Below the pieces are notes generated by a model, which saw only the letters and a program-made list of their open reading frames with translations, was not told the DNA's origin and ran no database searches. A DNA stretch of 64,000 bases. Source: Candidatus Chazhemtobacterium aquaticus. Lineage in GTDB: Bacteria > Patescibacteriota > Microgenomatia > UBA1400 > Chazhemtobacteraceae. The position numbers and the translations under genes were made by a program. The DNA lies in the NCBI RefSeq assembly GCF_009936135.1, contig NZ_CP047901.1:563354-627353 (forward strand), read 5' to 3'. Shown here piece by piece: positions 27,389 to 37,456 of the stretch (within the stretch, counting starts at the first letter, position 1; every line of letters starts with the position of its first letter).

Positions 27389-28147
27389 TTATCCAGCCAA
27401 CCAGCCTCCATCAACATAGAGTGTCACTCCGGTAATGTAATCAGCCTCATCAGAAGCCAGGAATGCAGCCGCAGCTCCAATATCTTCCGGTTTACCAACT
27501 CTACCTTTAGGTGTTCTTCTCAATACTGCTTCTCCCATCTCCTTATCATCACTCGTTCCCCTGCTCATATCGGTATCTATAGCCCCGGGAGCAATGGCAT
27601 TAACATTAATTCCCTTAGGTCCAAGATCAAGGGCTAAGTTCTCAGTTAGGCCAATCACTCCACCCTTTGAAGCTGTGTATGCCTCAATCTGAGCAAAACC
27701 TACCCCCATTCCACCTGAAGAAATCGAGGCTATGTTAATAATTCGTCCACCATTTTTCATCATCTTAACTGCCTCCTGAGCACAAAAAAACTGACCCTTT
27801 AGGTTTACGCCCAGTACCTCATCAAGCATCTCCTCACTAAACTCACTAAACTCTCCTCCTCGCAATACCCCTGCATTGTTAACCAAAATATCCAGACCTC
27901 CCCACTCTTGTTTGATCTGTTCAAACATGGATACTACTTCACTTCTTTTTGATACGTCTGCTTGAATTATCAAAGCTTTTCTTCCCTTTGCCTCAACTTC
28001 CTGAGCTACAGCCTCCGCCTTGTTTTTATTGGAGGTAAAGTTAATCACCACATCAGCTCCTTGCTCGGCCAAGGCCAAGACAACTCCTCTACCAATACCT
28101 CTTGATCCACCCGTCACCAGCGCTTTTTTACCAGCTAAGCTAAACAT
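27389..28147 (-). CDS. SDR-family oxidoreductase (3-oxoacyl-ACP reductase FabG-like)
   Basis: GKKALVTGGSRGIGRGV (TGxxxGxG), NNAG and the catalytic YTASKGG (YxxxK). Confidence 0.85.
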   Translation of the reverse strand: MFSLAGKKALVTGGSRGIGRGVVLALAEQGADVVINFTSNKNKAEAVAQEVEAKGRKALIIQADVSKRSEVVSMFEQIKQEWGGLDILVNNAGVLRGGEFSEFSEEMLDEVLGVNLKGQFFCAQEAVKMMKNGGRIINIASISSGGMGVGFAQIEAYTASKGGVIGLTENLALDLGPKGINVNAIAPGAIDTDMSRGTSDDKEMGEAVLRRTPKGRVGKPEDIGAAAAFLASDEADYITGVTLYVDGGWLAG

Positions 28148-28204
28148 AGTATTTATATAAAAAACTTACTAACTGCTTAAAATCCTAACACAAATACCCA
28201 GGGT

Positions 28205-29536
28205 CTAACTTCTACCTCGTTTGATCACCACTGCCTCGGGATGATACAGAAATGTTGCTGGTGCGTCCTCGGCAACAAATCTCTGGAAATCAAAATACAT
28301 CTGTCTTCTCTCAATCTGATCCAAAGTCTGCCTACCATCTTCCAACAATTTATCTACCTTTGGACTTAAGAACTTAGTAAAGTTACTCGCCTGGGTTGAG
28401 TGCCAGTTGTAGTACTGATCTGGGTCAGCTGGGATTTCTTGAGTTGCCACCAGTGCTTGGAAACTACTTGGAATCGAAGCTACCACCTTAATATCCACCT
28501 TTATACCAAGCTCTTCCCAATCCTCTTTAATTACTTCCGCCACCTGCAATAGATCTGCCGTACTTGATAACTCAATCCTTAACTCCTGCTCACTTTCAGC
28601 TGGTACCGCCTCTTCCAGCAACTCCCTAGCCCGGTTAACATCATACTCATACTCCTTTACCACCGAGTTGTATGCCCAAGACTTAGGACTAATCGGTCCT
28701 GTCGCTCTCTGATAGCCATAGTCCTTATCTTCAATCGCATACGATAATGCCTGCCTGACTCGCTTATCACCCAACAACGGATCTTTATTATCATAAAACA
28801 CTGCCGTGTAATAGTCGTACTTAGTTACTCTCTCAATTGTTGCGTTACTCCATTCAGATATCTCACCCGCATCAAACAGGCCAACCAGCTCATCAATTTC
28901 TCCCAGCTTAAACGCTGTCAGCGCCGTGCTGGATGTGTCATAAAACTTGAATACCAGAATCTCTTCTTCATTCTCCAGTTGCAGCAAACGTAAAAAAGGA
29001 CCGTCTGCCTGTATATCCCCAACCATATATTTACCGGTTGTGTATCTACCTTCTCGCAGCACTGGTGTGCTTAGCACCACTGGAAATGGAGAGAATGGTT
29101 CAGGTAATACAAACTCCAATACACCATTATCCAGCTTGTTAAACGCTACATCAGGAATACTAAAGTTAAAATCCTCGACTACTACTTTTTTACCATCTGA
29201 CCAGTACATATCATCCCTTAAGTAGAACCGGTAAGTTTTGCCATCCTCTGTCACCTCCCACTTCCTTGCCAAACCAGGCTCCGGTAAGTAATCATCGCCC
29301 AAGCTAGTCAAGCCCATCCCGAGCTCCTGTTCAATTCGCTCAGGTATCTGGGACAGTTCATATCTGCCAATAATTCCCACATAACGATTGGGCTTTGGTT
29401 TGGGTATGTGTGGCCAGATTAAAACCAAGAAACCAATCACCAACAAGCTCCCAATCAAACTCCCAGCCATCACCCGCCTATACTTACCGACAAAACCTGC
29501 CACAAACCAATATGTCTTCCGTATTGAGATAGCCAT
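28205..29536 (-). CDS. ABC transporter substrate-binding protein, family 5 (peptide/nickel type), membrane-anchored
   Basis: N-terminal TM anchor. LARKWEVTEDGKTYRFYLRDDMYWSDGKKV matches the SBP_bac_5 pattern ([27 protein letters not shown]). Confidence 0.55.
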   Translation of the reverse strand: MAISIRKTYWFVAGFVGKYRRVMAGSLIGSLLVIGFLVLIWPHIPKPKPNRYVGIIGRYELSQIPERIEQELGMGLTSLGDDYLPEPGLARKWEVTEDGKTYRFYLRDDMYWSDGKKVVVEDFNFSIPDVAFNKLDNGVLEFVLPEPFSPFPVVLSTPVLREGRYTTGKYMVGDIQADGPFLRLLQLENEEEILVFKFYDTSSTALTAFKLGEIDELVGLFDAGEISEWSNATIERVTKYDYYTAVFYDNKDPLLGDKRVRQALSYAIEDKDYGYQRATGPISPKSWAYNSVVKEYEYDVNRARELLEEAVPAESEQELRIELSSTADLLQVAEVIKEDWEELGIKVDIKVVASIPSSFQALVATQEIPADPDQYYNWHSTQASNFTKFLSPKVDKLLEDGRQTLDQIERRQMYFDFQRFVAEDAPATFLYHPEAVVIKRGRS

Positions 29537-29748
29537 TACAGCATAATGCTCATAACCGCCAGACCGGTAAACAGCACTATCAATCCAATGGTGGCCGCAA
29601 ACACGTATCGCTCCAAACCCTTGCGAGAGTGGTAGCTAACACCACTTCCGCCAAAACTACTCCCCAATCCTGTTCCCTGGCTTTGTAGCATCACCAAGGC
29701 AATCAAGGCCACCGACACAAATATCTGTAGTAACAATAACCAATCCAT
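29536..29748 (-). CDS. secG: Preprotein translocase subunit SecG
   Basis: 70 aa. LLLLQIFVSVALIALVMLQSQGTGLGSSFGG...R.GLER fits the SecG consensus. Confidence 0.7.
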   Translation of the reverse strand: MDWLLLLQIFVSVALIALVMLQSQGTGLGSSFGGSGVSYHSRKGLERYVFAATIGLIVLFTGLAVMSIML

Positions 29749-29780
29749 ACCCCTATTCTATCAAAACCTGAAATTTATTC

Positions 29781-30185
29781 TTAATCCTCAAGAACCCAGC
29801 TAATACTCGAGGCGATCACTCCGATGGTGATCGAGCCCAGCACATACGACATCAAAGTACTTACCTCAAATACTGGTATCACAAAACCATTACTTTCCCA
29901 ACCTGGAAACACAAAACCAACTATTCCAAAACCACTCACTATTCTGGTTAACAAAAATAGAGTCAAAACATGAGCCACCCAACGAAACAGTCCTAATGTG
30001 ATCAAGTTAATTGGTAGCAAAAACAGCTTGATTAAGGGTTTGACGATCCGGTTAAGCAGCATTAGAGCAATAGCAGCTATTATCAGGGTTTCAAGCCGTC
30101 CATCATAAATAATGCCCGGATATATCAGTACCGATAGATACAGCACCAAGCCGCTTAAGAAAAATCCTCTAATTAAGCCTTTCAT
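29781..30185 (-). CDS. Four-helix membrane protein, phage-holin-4_2/YvlD-like (putative)
   Basis: 134 aa with 4 TM helices. Size and topology match the PF04020-type membrane proteins. Confidence 0.35.
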   Translation of the reverse strand: MKGLIRGFFLSGLVLYLSVLIYPGIIYDGRLETLIIAAIALMLLNRIVKPLIKLFLLPINLITLGLFRWVAHVLTLFLLTRIVSGFGIVGFVFPGWESNGFVIPVFEVSTLMSYVLGSITIGVIASSISWVLED

Positions 30186-30223
30186 AACTTCATTTTTTCA
30201 GTCTTGACTGTCTACGTCAACTT

Positions 30224-31552
30224 TTATGATAAACTCCGCCTGTCTCTTACTTGTTTATGATATCCCGTTCCAAATCTATGAGCCTCGTCTCTGATTTGCT
30301 GCAGTAACTGCAAGCCTTTAGATCTTCTTGGCATCTCTATCTCAATAAACTTACCCTCATAGAAAATCACAATCAGCTCTTCCTTTTTAGCCAAACCAAT
30401 CACTGGTACGTCCTTTATCAACTTCAAGGCTGTTGATAGTTGTGGCCTGCCTCCATCAACCAAAATTAAGTCAGGTCGTGGCCAATCAGTTCGCCTAGTT
30501 CTTCGAACAAGCATCTGCTTCATTGCCTCAGTATCGCTATTACTACCATCAAGCTTAAATTTTCGATAGCTACTTTTATCTGCAGTCCCCAAGAAAAAGA
30601 CCACCATCGCTCCCACCGTATCCATTTGTAGAGTAGTGGCCACATCATAACCCTCAATCCGCTCTAAACTAGACTCTATCCCGTAGCTACTCAACATAAC
30701 CTTTAGTTCGCGGATGGCTCGCTCAGGAGTTTGATTATCCTTTAGAAACTCAGCCAATCCGTGCCGAGTCTTGGTGGCCCATTTGACTGCCTCGTACATC
30801 TTCCTAACCTCCTCAGCCTCCTCATATTTTTCATTCTTAGCCAATCTTCGTATCTTCTTTTCTAAGCTAACCAACAAACCACTCGAACTCCCATTTAAGA
30901 ATCTCTTTAAGTATCCGATCTTACTTCGGTACTTTGTCTTACTAACCAATCCCGTGCAGGCGCCATCACACTTGCCAATATGGTAATAGAAACATGCTCT
31001 TTTAACGCCATTGTTAGGTGGATTTTGGCAAAACTTAAAAATATTTCTAGCCACTTTAAGTACCATCTCAGCTTCATAGCGGGTTCTAAATGGACCATAC
31101 ACTGACCTAAAATTCTCTATCTCACCACCTCTGATCAAACTAACCACTGGAAAATCTTCATTACCTACCATGATGTAGGTACTACTCTTGTCATCCTTCG
31201 ACATCGAGTTGTAAAAAGGTTGATGCAGACGGATCAACTTTGCTTCAAGTAGCAAACTCTCGATTTCCGACTCAACCTGATAAAACCTAATCCATTTGGC
31301 CAAATTAACAAACTCCTTTTGTTTACTTCTTGCCTCCTTAGCTTGTTGAAGATGTTGTTTAAGTCTGGACTTAGGATGAACCGATTTACCTATATACAGC
31401 GGTTTACCGGTCTCGTCTTCGAAGCAATAAACGGACGGCTGTGTAGGCACCCGCTGCCAGAATCGTGGCTCCAACTGCTCCGGCCGCCACTTTAACCGAC
31501 GTCCCCCAAGCTTCGTCTTGTTCGACTCTAACCATGATTTCTCGTTGTCCAT
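30224..31552 (-). CDS. uvrC: Excinuclease ABC subunit C (short form lacking the C-terminal HhH domain)
   Basis: GIY-YIG (VYCFEDETGKPLYIGKS...LKQH), a Cys-rich segment (CFYYHIGKCDGAC), and the C-terminal nuclease region DLILVDGGRPQLSTAL...IGLAKKEE...IRDEAHRFGTGYHKQ. The annotated 5' end overlaps the upstream gene by 148 nt, so the true start is probably downstream, possibly non-ATG. Confidence 0.8.
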   Translation of the reverse strand: MDNEKSWLESNKTKLGGRRLKWRPEQLEPRFWQRVPTQPSVYCFEDETGKPLYIGKSVHPKSRLKQHLQQAKEARSKQKEFVNLAKWIRFYQVESEIESLLLEAKLIRLHQPFYNSMSKDDKSSTYIMVGNEDFPVVSLIRGGEIENFRSVYGPFRTRYEAEMVLKVARNIFKFCQNPPNNGVKRACFYYHIGKCDGACTGLVSKTKYRSKIGYLKRFLNGSSSGLLVSLEKKIRRLAKNEKYEEAEEVRKMYEAVKWATKTRHGLAEFLKDNQTPERAIRELKVMLSSYGIESSLERIEGYDVATTLQMDTVGAMVVFFLGTADKSSYRKFKLDGSNSDTEAMKQMLVRRTRRTDWPRPDLILVDGGRPQLSTALKLIKDVPVIGLAKKEELIVIFYEGKFIEIEMPRRSKGLQLLQQIRDEAHRFGTGYHKQVRDRRSLS

Positions 31553-33257
31553 TCTTAATCAATAAATTACTTGGCGCGATTAATCCCTTACCTCGCGCCG
31601 TGTTAACAAGCATTACCCTTTCTCCGTAAGGTGGGATAACCTCCTCACGCACCTCGTCCACCACACCCTCAGGCTCTGATTTTATCACCAGGCTACCTCC
31701 TCCGGCCACCATGCCCTGATTCTTCACCGTTAATTCAATCACTCCTTTCCACCAATTTCGTTTGTATACAGCCTCAAACATCAAGTCCTCACTTGGCATT
31801 ACCACCGGGTCACTGGCAATCACCTTAACATCTTTATTGCTAGTCACCTCCGTCTTATATGCTCCAGCAGGCAAAGGATTCACTGGATCACTACCGTGGA
31901 TTACAAATACAAAGTGGTTCAAGTCCAGTTTATTAAAATAATCGACTCCTCCGGTCGTATCCCCCCAGGTTGGATCAATCTGTACCCACCGCCTTGTCTG
32001 CAAATCATAATACTCAGGCCAAGCATGCAAAATATCCTGGGTCAGACTCAAAGGTCGAAGTTTGTCATTACTAGTGAAAGCATAACCTTCCAGTTCTCTT
32101 GCTGGAATCCCCGCCGCTCTAGCCAATGTCACAAACAAATCCGTGAACTCAGTACAAATAGCCGTCTCAGGGGCATTTAAAGCAGCCAAAGCTCCCACTC
32201 GGCCACCTCCCGTTAACACCTTGTTGTAGTCATAACTTAAATAATCAGTCACGTAGTCATAAACAGACTTAGCTGATCCCAATTTATCAGCCAAGGCTTG
32301 TACCTGAGCATTGTCCACCTGCCAGTAGCCACTACTCGACAAATACGTCTCCCACATATCCTGATTGAGAATAGAGCCATCAGGATTAAAGCTTATCTTC
32401 ACTACTCCCGTTGTACTTACATCAAGTTTCTGACCGGGTAACAACGTGTACTGGGCCAGCCAGTTACCATCCTTATCAATCAATACATTTTCAGGCTCCG
32501 GCCTGATCGACTCATAAACCATTTTTTGGTAATTCGTGTCAGGTGGTATGGCAATCTCTGCTCCTTGTTTTACCGGGCTGTTATTTTCCAAATGGTAGAT
32601 CAGGTTAAAGCGCATATACTGCTCAGTTCCAAACACCGCCGAAATCGCCCTGTTACCCAAAGTCAATGCTTCAAAGCCATAACTATTACTCGTATTTGCC
32701 GCTGGCGGATTGTTCGTTGCTGTATCAGGTTTTGGAGTAATAAAAGCCGGCTCACCAAAAACAGATGGGACAATTAAGGTCACTTTCTGACTGGATATCT
32801 CTTTATCTGCCTCAAGCTGAGGAATGTTCACTTCCCAGATTGAGCCGTTCTTAATCGCAATATCCTGAGTTTCATAGCTTACCGAAAAACGATTTACCTT
32901 ACCCTTGCCCACTACCTTATCAACAAACATAAACCTGATAATTGTTTGATTATCAGTCACCACAATCTCTGGTTCGATCAAGCCAACGGCATCCTTAACT
33001 CTTACATTTCTAATATCAGTAAACCCTACCGACAGTGAGAATCGATCAGCATATACGTTACTTATCTTGTTTTCCAAGGATATATCAAGCACTACCTGAG
33101 TCACCCCATTAAGACCCACCTGATAAATACTGCTATAACTAGTCTCAAACTCAGAGGCGGCCATCAACCTCGGGGCAGACACCAACCACCAGCCCAACAT
33201 TAACACCACCAACAGTAACTTCTTCACACTGATATTTAACCAGCCGCCATGCCTCAC
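31404..33257 (-). CDS. Surface protein with transglutaminase-like cysteine-protease domain, C-terminal TM anchor
   Basis: Signal peptide present. The transglutaminase-core triad context is TAICTEFTDLFVTLARAAGIPARELEGY (Cys), LHAWPEYYD (His) and VQIDPTWG (Asp). C-terminal anchor AVGATILAAGAYTAVRLLLRRRDR. Confidence 0.6.
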   Translation of the reverse strand: MRHGGWLNISVKKLLLVVLMLGWWLVSAPRLMAASEFETSYSSIYQVGLNGVTQVVLDISLENKISNVYADRFSLSVGFTDIRNVRVKDAVGLIEPEIVVTDNQTIIRFMFVDKVVGKGKVNRFSVSYETQDIAIKNGSIWEVNIPQLEADKEISSQKVTLIVPSVFGEPAFITPKPDTATNNPPAANTSNSYGFEALTLGNRAISAVFGTEQYMRFNLIYHLENNSPVKQGAEIAIPPDTNYQKMVYESIRPEPENVLIDKDGNWLAQYTLLPGQKLDVSTTGVVKISFNPDGSILNQDMWETYLSSSGYWQVDNAQVQALADKLGSAKSVYDYVTDYLSYDYNKVLTGGGRVGALAALNAPETAICTEFTDLFVTLARAAGIPARELEGYAFTSNDKLRPLSLTQDILHAWPEYYDLQTRRWVQIDPTWGDTTGGVDYFNKLDLNHFVFVIHGSDPVNPLPAGAYKTEVTSNKDVKVIASDPVVMPSEDLMFEAVYKRNWWKGVIELTVKNQGMVAGGGSLVIKSEPEGVVDEVREEVIPPYGERVMLVNTARGKGLIAPSNLLIKNGQREIMVRVEQDEAWGTSVKVAAGAVGATILAAGAYTAVRLLLRRRDR

Positions 33258-33266
33258 TACAAGCCG

Positions 33267-36176
33267 CTAAATGATCTGTTTTAACTCCTGACCCGTATAC
33301 GATCGCTCACACTCAATGATTTTATTTAAATTACCAGCAACCAATATCTCTCCTCCTTTGTCTCCACCCTCAGGACCCATATCAATTATCCAGTCTGCGT
33401 TTTTAATCATATCTAAGTTGTGTTCAATCACCACCACTGTATTATCCTGCTTCACTAGGCGGTGTAAAACGATTAACAATTTTCTCAAATCCTCAAAATG
33501 CAGTCCTGTGGTTGGTTCATCCAAGACATAAACAGTATGACCCGACCCAGTTTTTGCCAGTTCCGCCGCCAACTTAATCCTTTGCGCCTCACCTCCGCTC
33601 AAGGTTGGTGCTGGTTGACCCAATTTAATATATCCCAGACCCACATCCTGCAACGTCTTAAGCCGTTTACTAATTGCCGGTACTCCCTTAAAGAACTCCA
33701 CCGCATCATCAACCGTCATCTCCAGTACCTCAGCAATATTCTTGCCCCGGTAATCAACCTCTAGAGTCGGCGAGTTATACCTACTCCCCTGACACACCTC
33801 ACACTTAACATATATGTCTGCCATAAACTGCATCTCAATCTTGGTTTGTCCCTCACCTTGACAGGCCTCACATCTACCCCCTTTGACATTAAACGAGAAC
33901 CTGCCCTGATTGTATCCTCGCATCTTTGCCTCAGATGTCATTGCAAACAATGATCTAATGTAATCAAAAGTCTTGGTATATGTAGCCGGATTACTTCTTG
34001 GTGTCCTACCAATCGGACTTTGGTCAATTAAACTAACCCTCTTTACCCTGTCAGGAATCATAATCGATTCATAATTCACCTGCTCTCGCTTATGTCGCTT
34101 GTTTAACTCTCTAGACAGAGCCTCATACAGAGTTTTAACAATTAAAGTAGACTTACCTGAGCCAGAGACTCCTGTTACACACACCATTCGATTCAGCGGT
34201 AGTTCTACATCAACTTGCTTCAAGTTGTGTTCACTCGCTCCCATTAAACGAATCTTCTCCGGATCCATCACTTTACTCTCATTACTCACCTCAATTTTCT
34301 TTTTGTTTGCCAGATACATTCCTGTCAGACTCTTTGTATCCTTCATCATGTTATTAACATCACCCTGATAGGTTATCTCTCCTCCCTGACTCCCAGCTCC
34401 TGGACCAAACTCAACAATCTCATCTGCTGACATCATCATTTCCCGATCATGCTCTACCACAATTAATGTATTACCCAATTTCTGCAGCTCCCGCAGTGTC
34501 CCGATCAATCTCTTGTTATCTCTCTCATGAAGACCAATGGTTGGCTCATCTAATATATACAATATCCCGGTCAATCTAGAGCCAATCTGGGAAGCCAATC
34601 TAATTCGCTGTAACTCTCCACCAGCAAGTGTACCCGCTTCACGAGCCAGAGTCAGATAGTCCAAGCCAACCGCTTCCAAAAACTTTAACCGGGACATAAT
34701 CTCCTCCACAATTGGCCCGGCAATCGTTTTCTCTTTCTCACTTAAACTGCTCATAACCGTCTCCATCCACTCGCGTGCATTCTCAATCGATAAAGCAGTT
34801 ACCTCAGAAATCGAGGCACTCAATATCGTCACCGCCAAAGCCTCCGGTTTTAATCGATATCCATGACACTCAGGACAAATCTCTTTAACCATGTATTTCT
34901 CAAGCTCTGTCTTGACATACTCAGAGCTACTCTCCGTATATCTTCTCTCCAGCTCGGGAATAATGCCGGCAAAACTAGTATGCCAAGTAGTCTCTCTTCC
35001 TTTAGAGTTAATCCCCTTAACCGCGTACTCTCGTTTACCCGTACCGTAAAGCAGTATCTCCCTCTGCTCATCTTTTAGATCTTTGATTGCCGTTTTGCTA
35101 TCAAACCCATTTTCTAAAGCAACCTGACGAATCAACTTAGCCATCCAAGTATTTGTCTCAAACTGGGCAGCCAGTGGAATAATTCCTCCCTCATCTAAAG
35201 TTAAACTTTCAGCCAATAACAACTCTGTCTTGACTACCAGTTTACTACCCAAACCACTACAAACCGGACACGCACCCTCGGGTGCATTAAAGGAGAACAT
35301 CCTCGGCTCAATTTCAGGCATACTCACATTACACTTCGCACAAGCAAACTTCTCGCTAAACAAGTGATCCTCCATCTCCACTGGCGACTCTGGGAAAGAC
35401 AATCCGTTATCGCCAACCACCGACATCACCACCAATCCAGCTGATATCTCTAGAGCTTGTTCAATTGCCTCAAACAATCTATTTTTGGTTTGTTTACCCA
35501 TCTCCTCATTCTTTTCAAAAACAGACTCAGGCTCGATTACGATCCTGTCAACTACTGCCTCAATGTTATGAAAATTGGTTCTGATTAACTCAACCCTGTC
35601 ATCAAGCTTCAAGATTTTTCCATCAACTCGGATTTGAGAGTAACCTTTCTTAGCCAATGTCTTAAACAGCTCCTTAAACTGTCCCTTTTGATGCCTCACC
35701 ACTGGAGCTAAAATAAGTAGCTTAACCCCTTTCTTCGCAGCCATCAGTTCATGTTTCCAAGCCATCCTTAGCATTAACCGGGTAATCTGTTCAGCGTCCA
35801 AACTGGTAATCTCCTCACCACAGTTAGGACAGTGGGGGTGACCTACTCTGGCAAACAACAGTCTTAGATAGTCATAGATCTCTGTCACTGTACCCACAAT
35901 TGATCTTGGATTATTCGACCCTGATTTCTGGTCAATCGAGATAGCAGGGGATAGTCCATCGATTCTGTCCACCTCCGGCTTATCCATCACTCCCAAAAAC
36001 TGTCTGGCGTAGGAGGATAGTGACTCGACATATCGCCTCTGACCTTCGGCATATATGGTGTCATAAGCCATACTCGATTTACCCGAACCAGATAGTCCAG
36101 TAAACACAATCAATTTGTTTTTGGGCAGATCAAGATCAACCCCTTTAAGATTATGTTGTCTAGCTCCTCGCACCAT
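33267..36176 (-). CDS. uvrA: Excinuclease ABC subunit A
   Basis: MVRGARQHNLKGVDLDLP, two ABC cassettes (GLSGSGKSS; VTGVSGSGKST), zinc-finger Cys clusters, and signature LSGGE motifs. The start was trimmed to the Met that aligns with the canonical UvrA N-terminus; the ORF track begins 12 codons upstream at a GTG. Confidence 0.95.
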   Translation of the reverse strand: MVRGARQHNLKGVDLDLPKNKLIVFTGLSGSGKSSMAYDTIYAEGQRRYVESLSSYARQFLGVMDKPEVDRIDGLSPAISIDQKSGSNNPRSIVGTVTEIYDYLRLLFARVGHPHCPNCGEEITSLDAEQITRLMLRMAWKHELMAAKKGVKLLILAPVVRHQKGQFKELFKTLAKKGYSQIRVDGKILKLDDRVELIRTNFHNIEAVVDRIVIEPESVFEKNEEMGKQTKNRLFEAIEQALEISAGLVVMSVVGDNGLSFPESPVEMEDHLFSEKFACAKCNVSMPEIEPRMFSFNAPEGACPVCSGLGSKLVVKTELLLAESLTLDEGGIIPLAAQFETNTWMAKLIRQVALENGFDSKTAIKDLKDEQREILLYGTGKREYAVKGINSKGRETTWHTSFAGIIPELERRYTESSSEYVKTELEKYMVKEICPECHGYRLKPEALAVTILSASISEVTALSIENAREWMETVMSSLSEKEKTIAGPIVEEIMSRLKFLEAVGLDYLTLAREAGTLAGGELQRIRLASQIGSRLTGILYILDEPTIGLHERDNKRLIGTLRELQKLGNTLIVVEHDREMMMSADEIVEFGPGAGSQGGEITYQGDVNNMMKDTKSLTGMYLANKKKIEVSNESKVMDPEKIRLMGASEHNLKQVDVELPLNRMVCVTGVSGSGKSTLIVKTLYEALSRELNKRHKREQVNYESIMIPDRVKRVSLIDQSPIGRTPRSNPATYTKTFDYIRSLFAMTSEAKMRGYNQGRFSFNVKGGRCEACQGEGQTKIEMQFMADIYVKCEVCQGSRYNSPTLEVDYRGKNIAEVLEMTVDDAVEFFKGVPAISKRLKTLQDVGLGYIKLGQPAPTLSGGEAQRIKLAAELAKTGSGHTVYVLDEPTTGLHFEDLRKLLIVLHRLVKQDNTVVVIEHNLDMIKNADWIIDMGPEGGDKGGEILVAGNLNKIIECERSYTGQELKQII

Positions 36177-36220
36177 CAGATGCGTTGCTGGTGATGTATT
36201 CCTCTCTTTCACAACCCTTA

Positions 36221-36244
36221 ATTTTACCAGAAAAATCCCGAAAG
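36221..36244 (-). promoter_or_regulatory. Conserved promoter-proximal motif shared by uvrA and uvrB (extended -10 plus a putative operator)
   Basis: The coding-strand sequence TTTCGGGATTTTTCTGGTAAAAT lies just upstream of uvrA. It contains TGGTAAAAT, an extended -10. A 23/24-identical copy lies upstream of uvrB. Confidence 0.5.
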
Positions 36245-36249
36245 TTTAG

Positions 36250-36744
36250 CTAGTCACTAGACTCAGCAGTACTAGCAAACAGTGCCGTATTAATCCCCAT
36301 CACGTGCTGAACCAATTTAGCTACATCAACACTCTCATCAGCCTCAAGCCGTTCAAAAACTCGATCTATTCCTTGATTTAGTCTATCCTCAACTTGAGCC
36401 AAATCATCGCCCCAACCTAAAGCAGTTACCATCTCATCCCTATCTTGAATCCATCCAGGTTCAAGTTTACCTGCTCCTCGAGTCACGGCCAACAATCTTC
36501 CAAGTAGAGCCCAAGGTGTGTATTCAAGTAACGCCTTCTCTTGAGCTGACAGTTTGTTACTACTTATCACCTTATCCATCGCCATTCTATACTGTCGCAA
36601 GCCTTCTTTCTGTTGCATCATCATTGGTTCAACTGTAAGAATCCGTTCACCCAATACTCCAAGTACCACCTCACTCATCCTCACTGACTCAGGCGTAAAA
36701 CCCATTTCCCTAGTTAAGAAGCGCAAGCCTTCAGTTTGTGCCAT
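36250..36744 (-). CDS. Hypothetical protein (orphan)
   Basis: A 164-aa ORF divergent from the next orphan. No motif recognised. Confidence 0.45.
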   Translation of the reverse strand: MAQTEGLRFLTREMGFTPESVRMSEVVLGVLGERILTVEPMMMQQKEGLRQYRMAMDKVISSNKLSAQEKALLEYTPWALLGRLLAVTRGAGKLEPGWIQDRDEMVTALGWGDDLAQVEDRLNQGIDRVFERLEADESVDVAKLVQHVMGINTALFASTAESSD

Positions 36745-36819
36745 AAATCTGTCCTTTTCCTATAATTTTGAAAAAGTATACCACAGCCGTCCAAGCTCAT
36801 ATTGTGATATATTGTCACT

Positions 36820-37452
36820 ATGTCAGAACGCCCATTTGCTCCTGTTGAAGAAGAACGAGATTACTCGCCACCAACCAACGCTGAGTTTGTCTCAACCCCA
36901 GAGCTACGACAAAAAATAGAACAATGGCGCAAGGATAATCCAGACGCACCAGTTGTCATCGAAATCGGCTCGCGTAGTAATAATAATGATGGCGTCATAC
37001 TTCAAAGTAGCCAGCCTGATGTTAAAGGCGACCCCATACTGGTTATCCACGTAGATCCGCTCAATCAACCAACGGACAGGATTCCTGATGCACCACCCTC
37101 GTCCCATGCTTTTATAGTCCGCGATCGTTTTGATGCCGATATAGGCAGACAACTTAGAGGTCAGGTTGACCTAGCTGTGGTTGTTGGCCTTATTCCCGAT
37201 ATAGATATCGAGAACGAAATCCTTGAAGGCATCAAGAGACTTGCACCTCCATATGTTTATATTTCCTCTGATGCTGATAGTGGTGATCGTCAAGTTACTG
37301 GTTACACCGTTGCGCAAACCAGAAAAAATATTTCTCGTATCCTTGGCAATGAGTACTCCGCCGAAGACCCTATCCTTCCAGCTGATGTCAGACCAAATAG
37401 TAGTATTGTCACACAAGGTCGGTCACTTCGTATGGTTCTTGAGCGCGATTAG
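36820..37452 (+). CDS. Hypothetical protein (orphan, acidic/Pro-rich)
   Basis: A 210-aa ORF. No motif recognised. Confidence 0.45.
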   Translation: MSERPFAPVEEERDYSPPTNAEFVSTPELRQKIEQWRKDNPDAPVVIEIGSRSNNNDGVILQSSQPDVKGDPILVIHVDPLNQPTDRIPDAPPSSHAFIVRDRFDADIGRQLRGQVDLAVVVGLIPDIDIENEILEGIKRLAPPYVYISSDADSGDRQVTGYTVAQTRKNISRILGNEYSAEDPILPADVRPNSSIVTQGRSLRMVLERD

Positions 37453-37456
37453 TTTT

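Noticed and set aside
36177-36212. The uvrA 5' extension (GTG start at 36212) in the ORF track.
   Set aside because: The canonical UvrA N-terminus (MVRGARQHNLK) aligns with the ATG 12 codons downstream. The GTG may, however, be the real start if the transcript is leaderless, so this stays unresolved.
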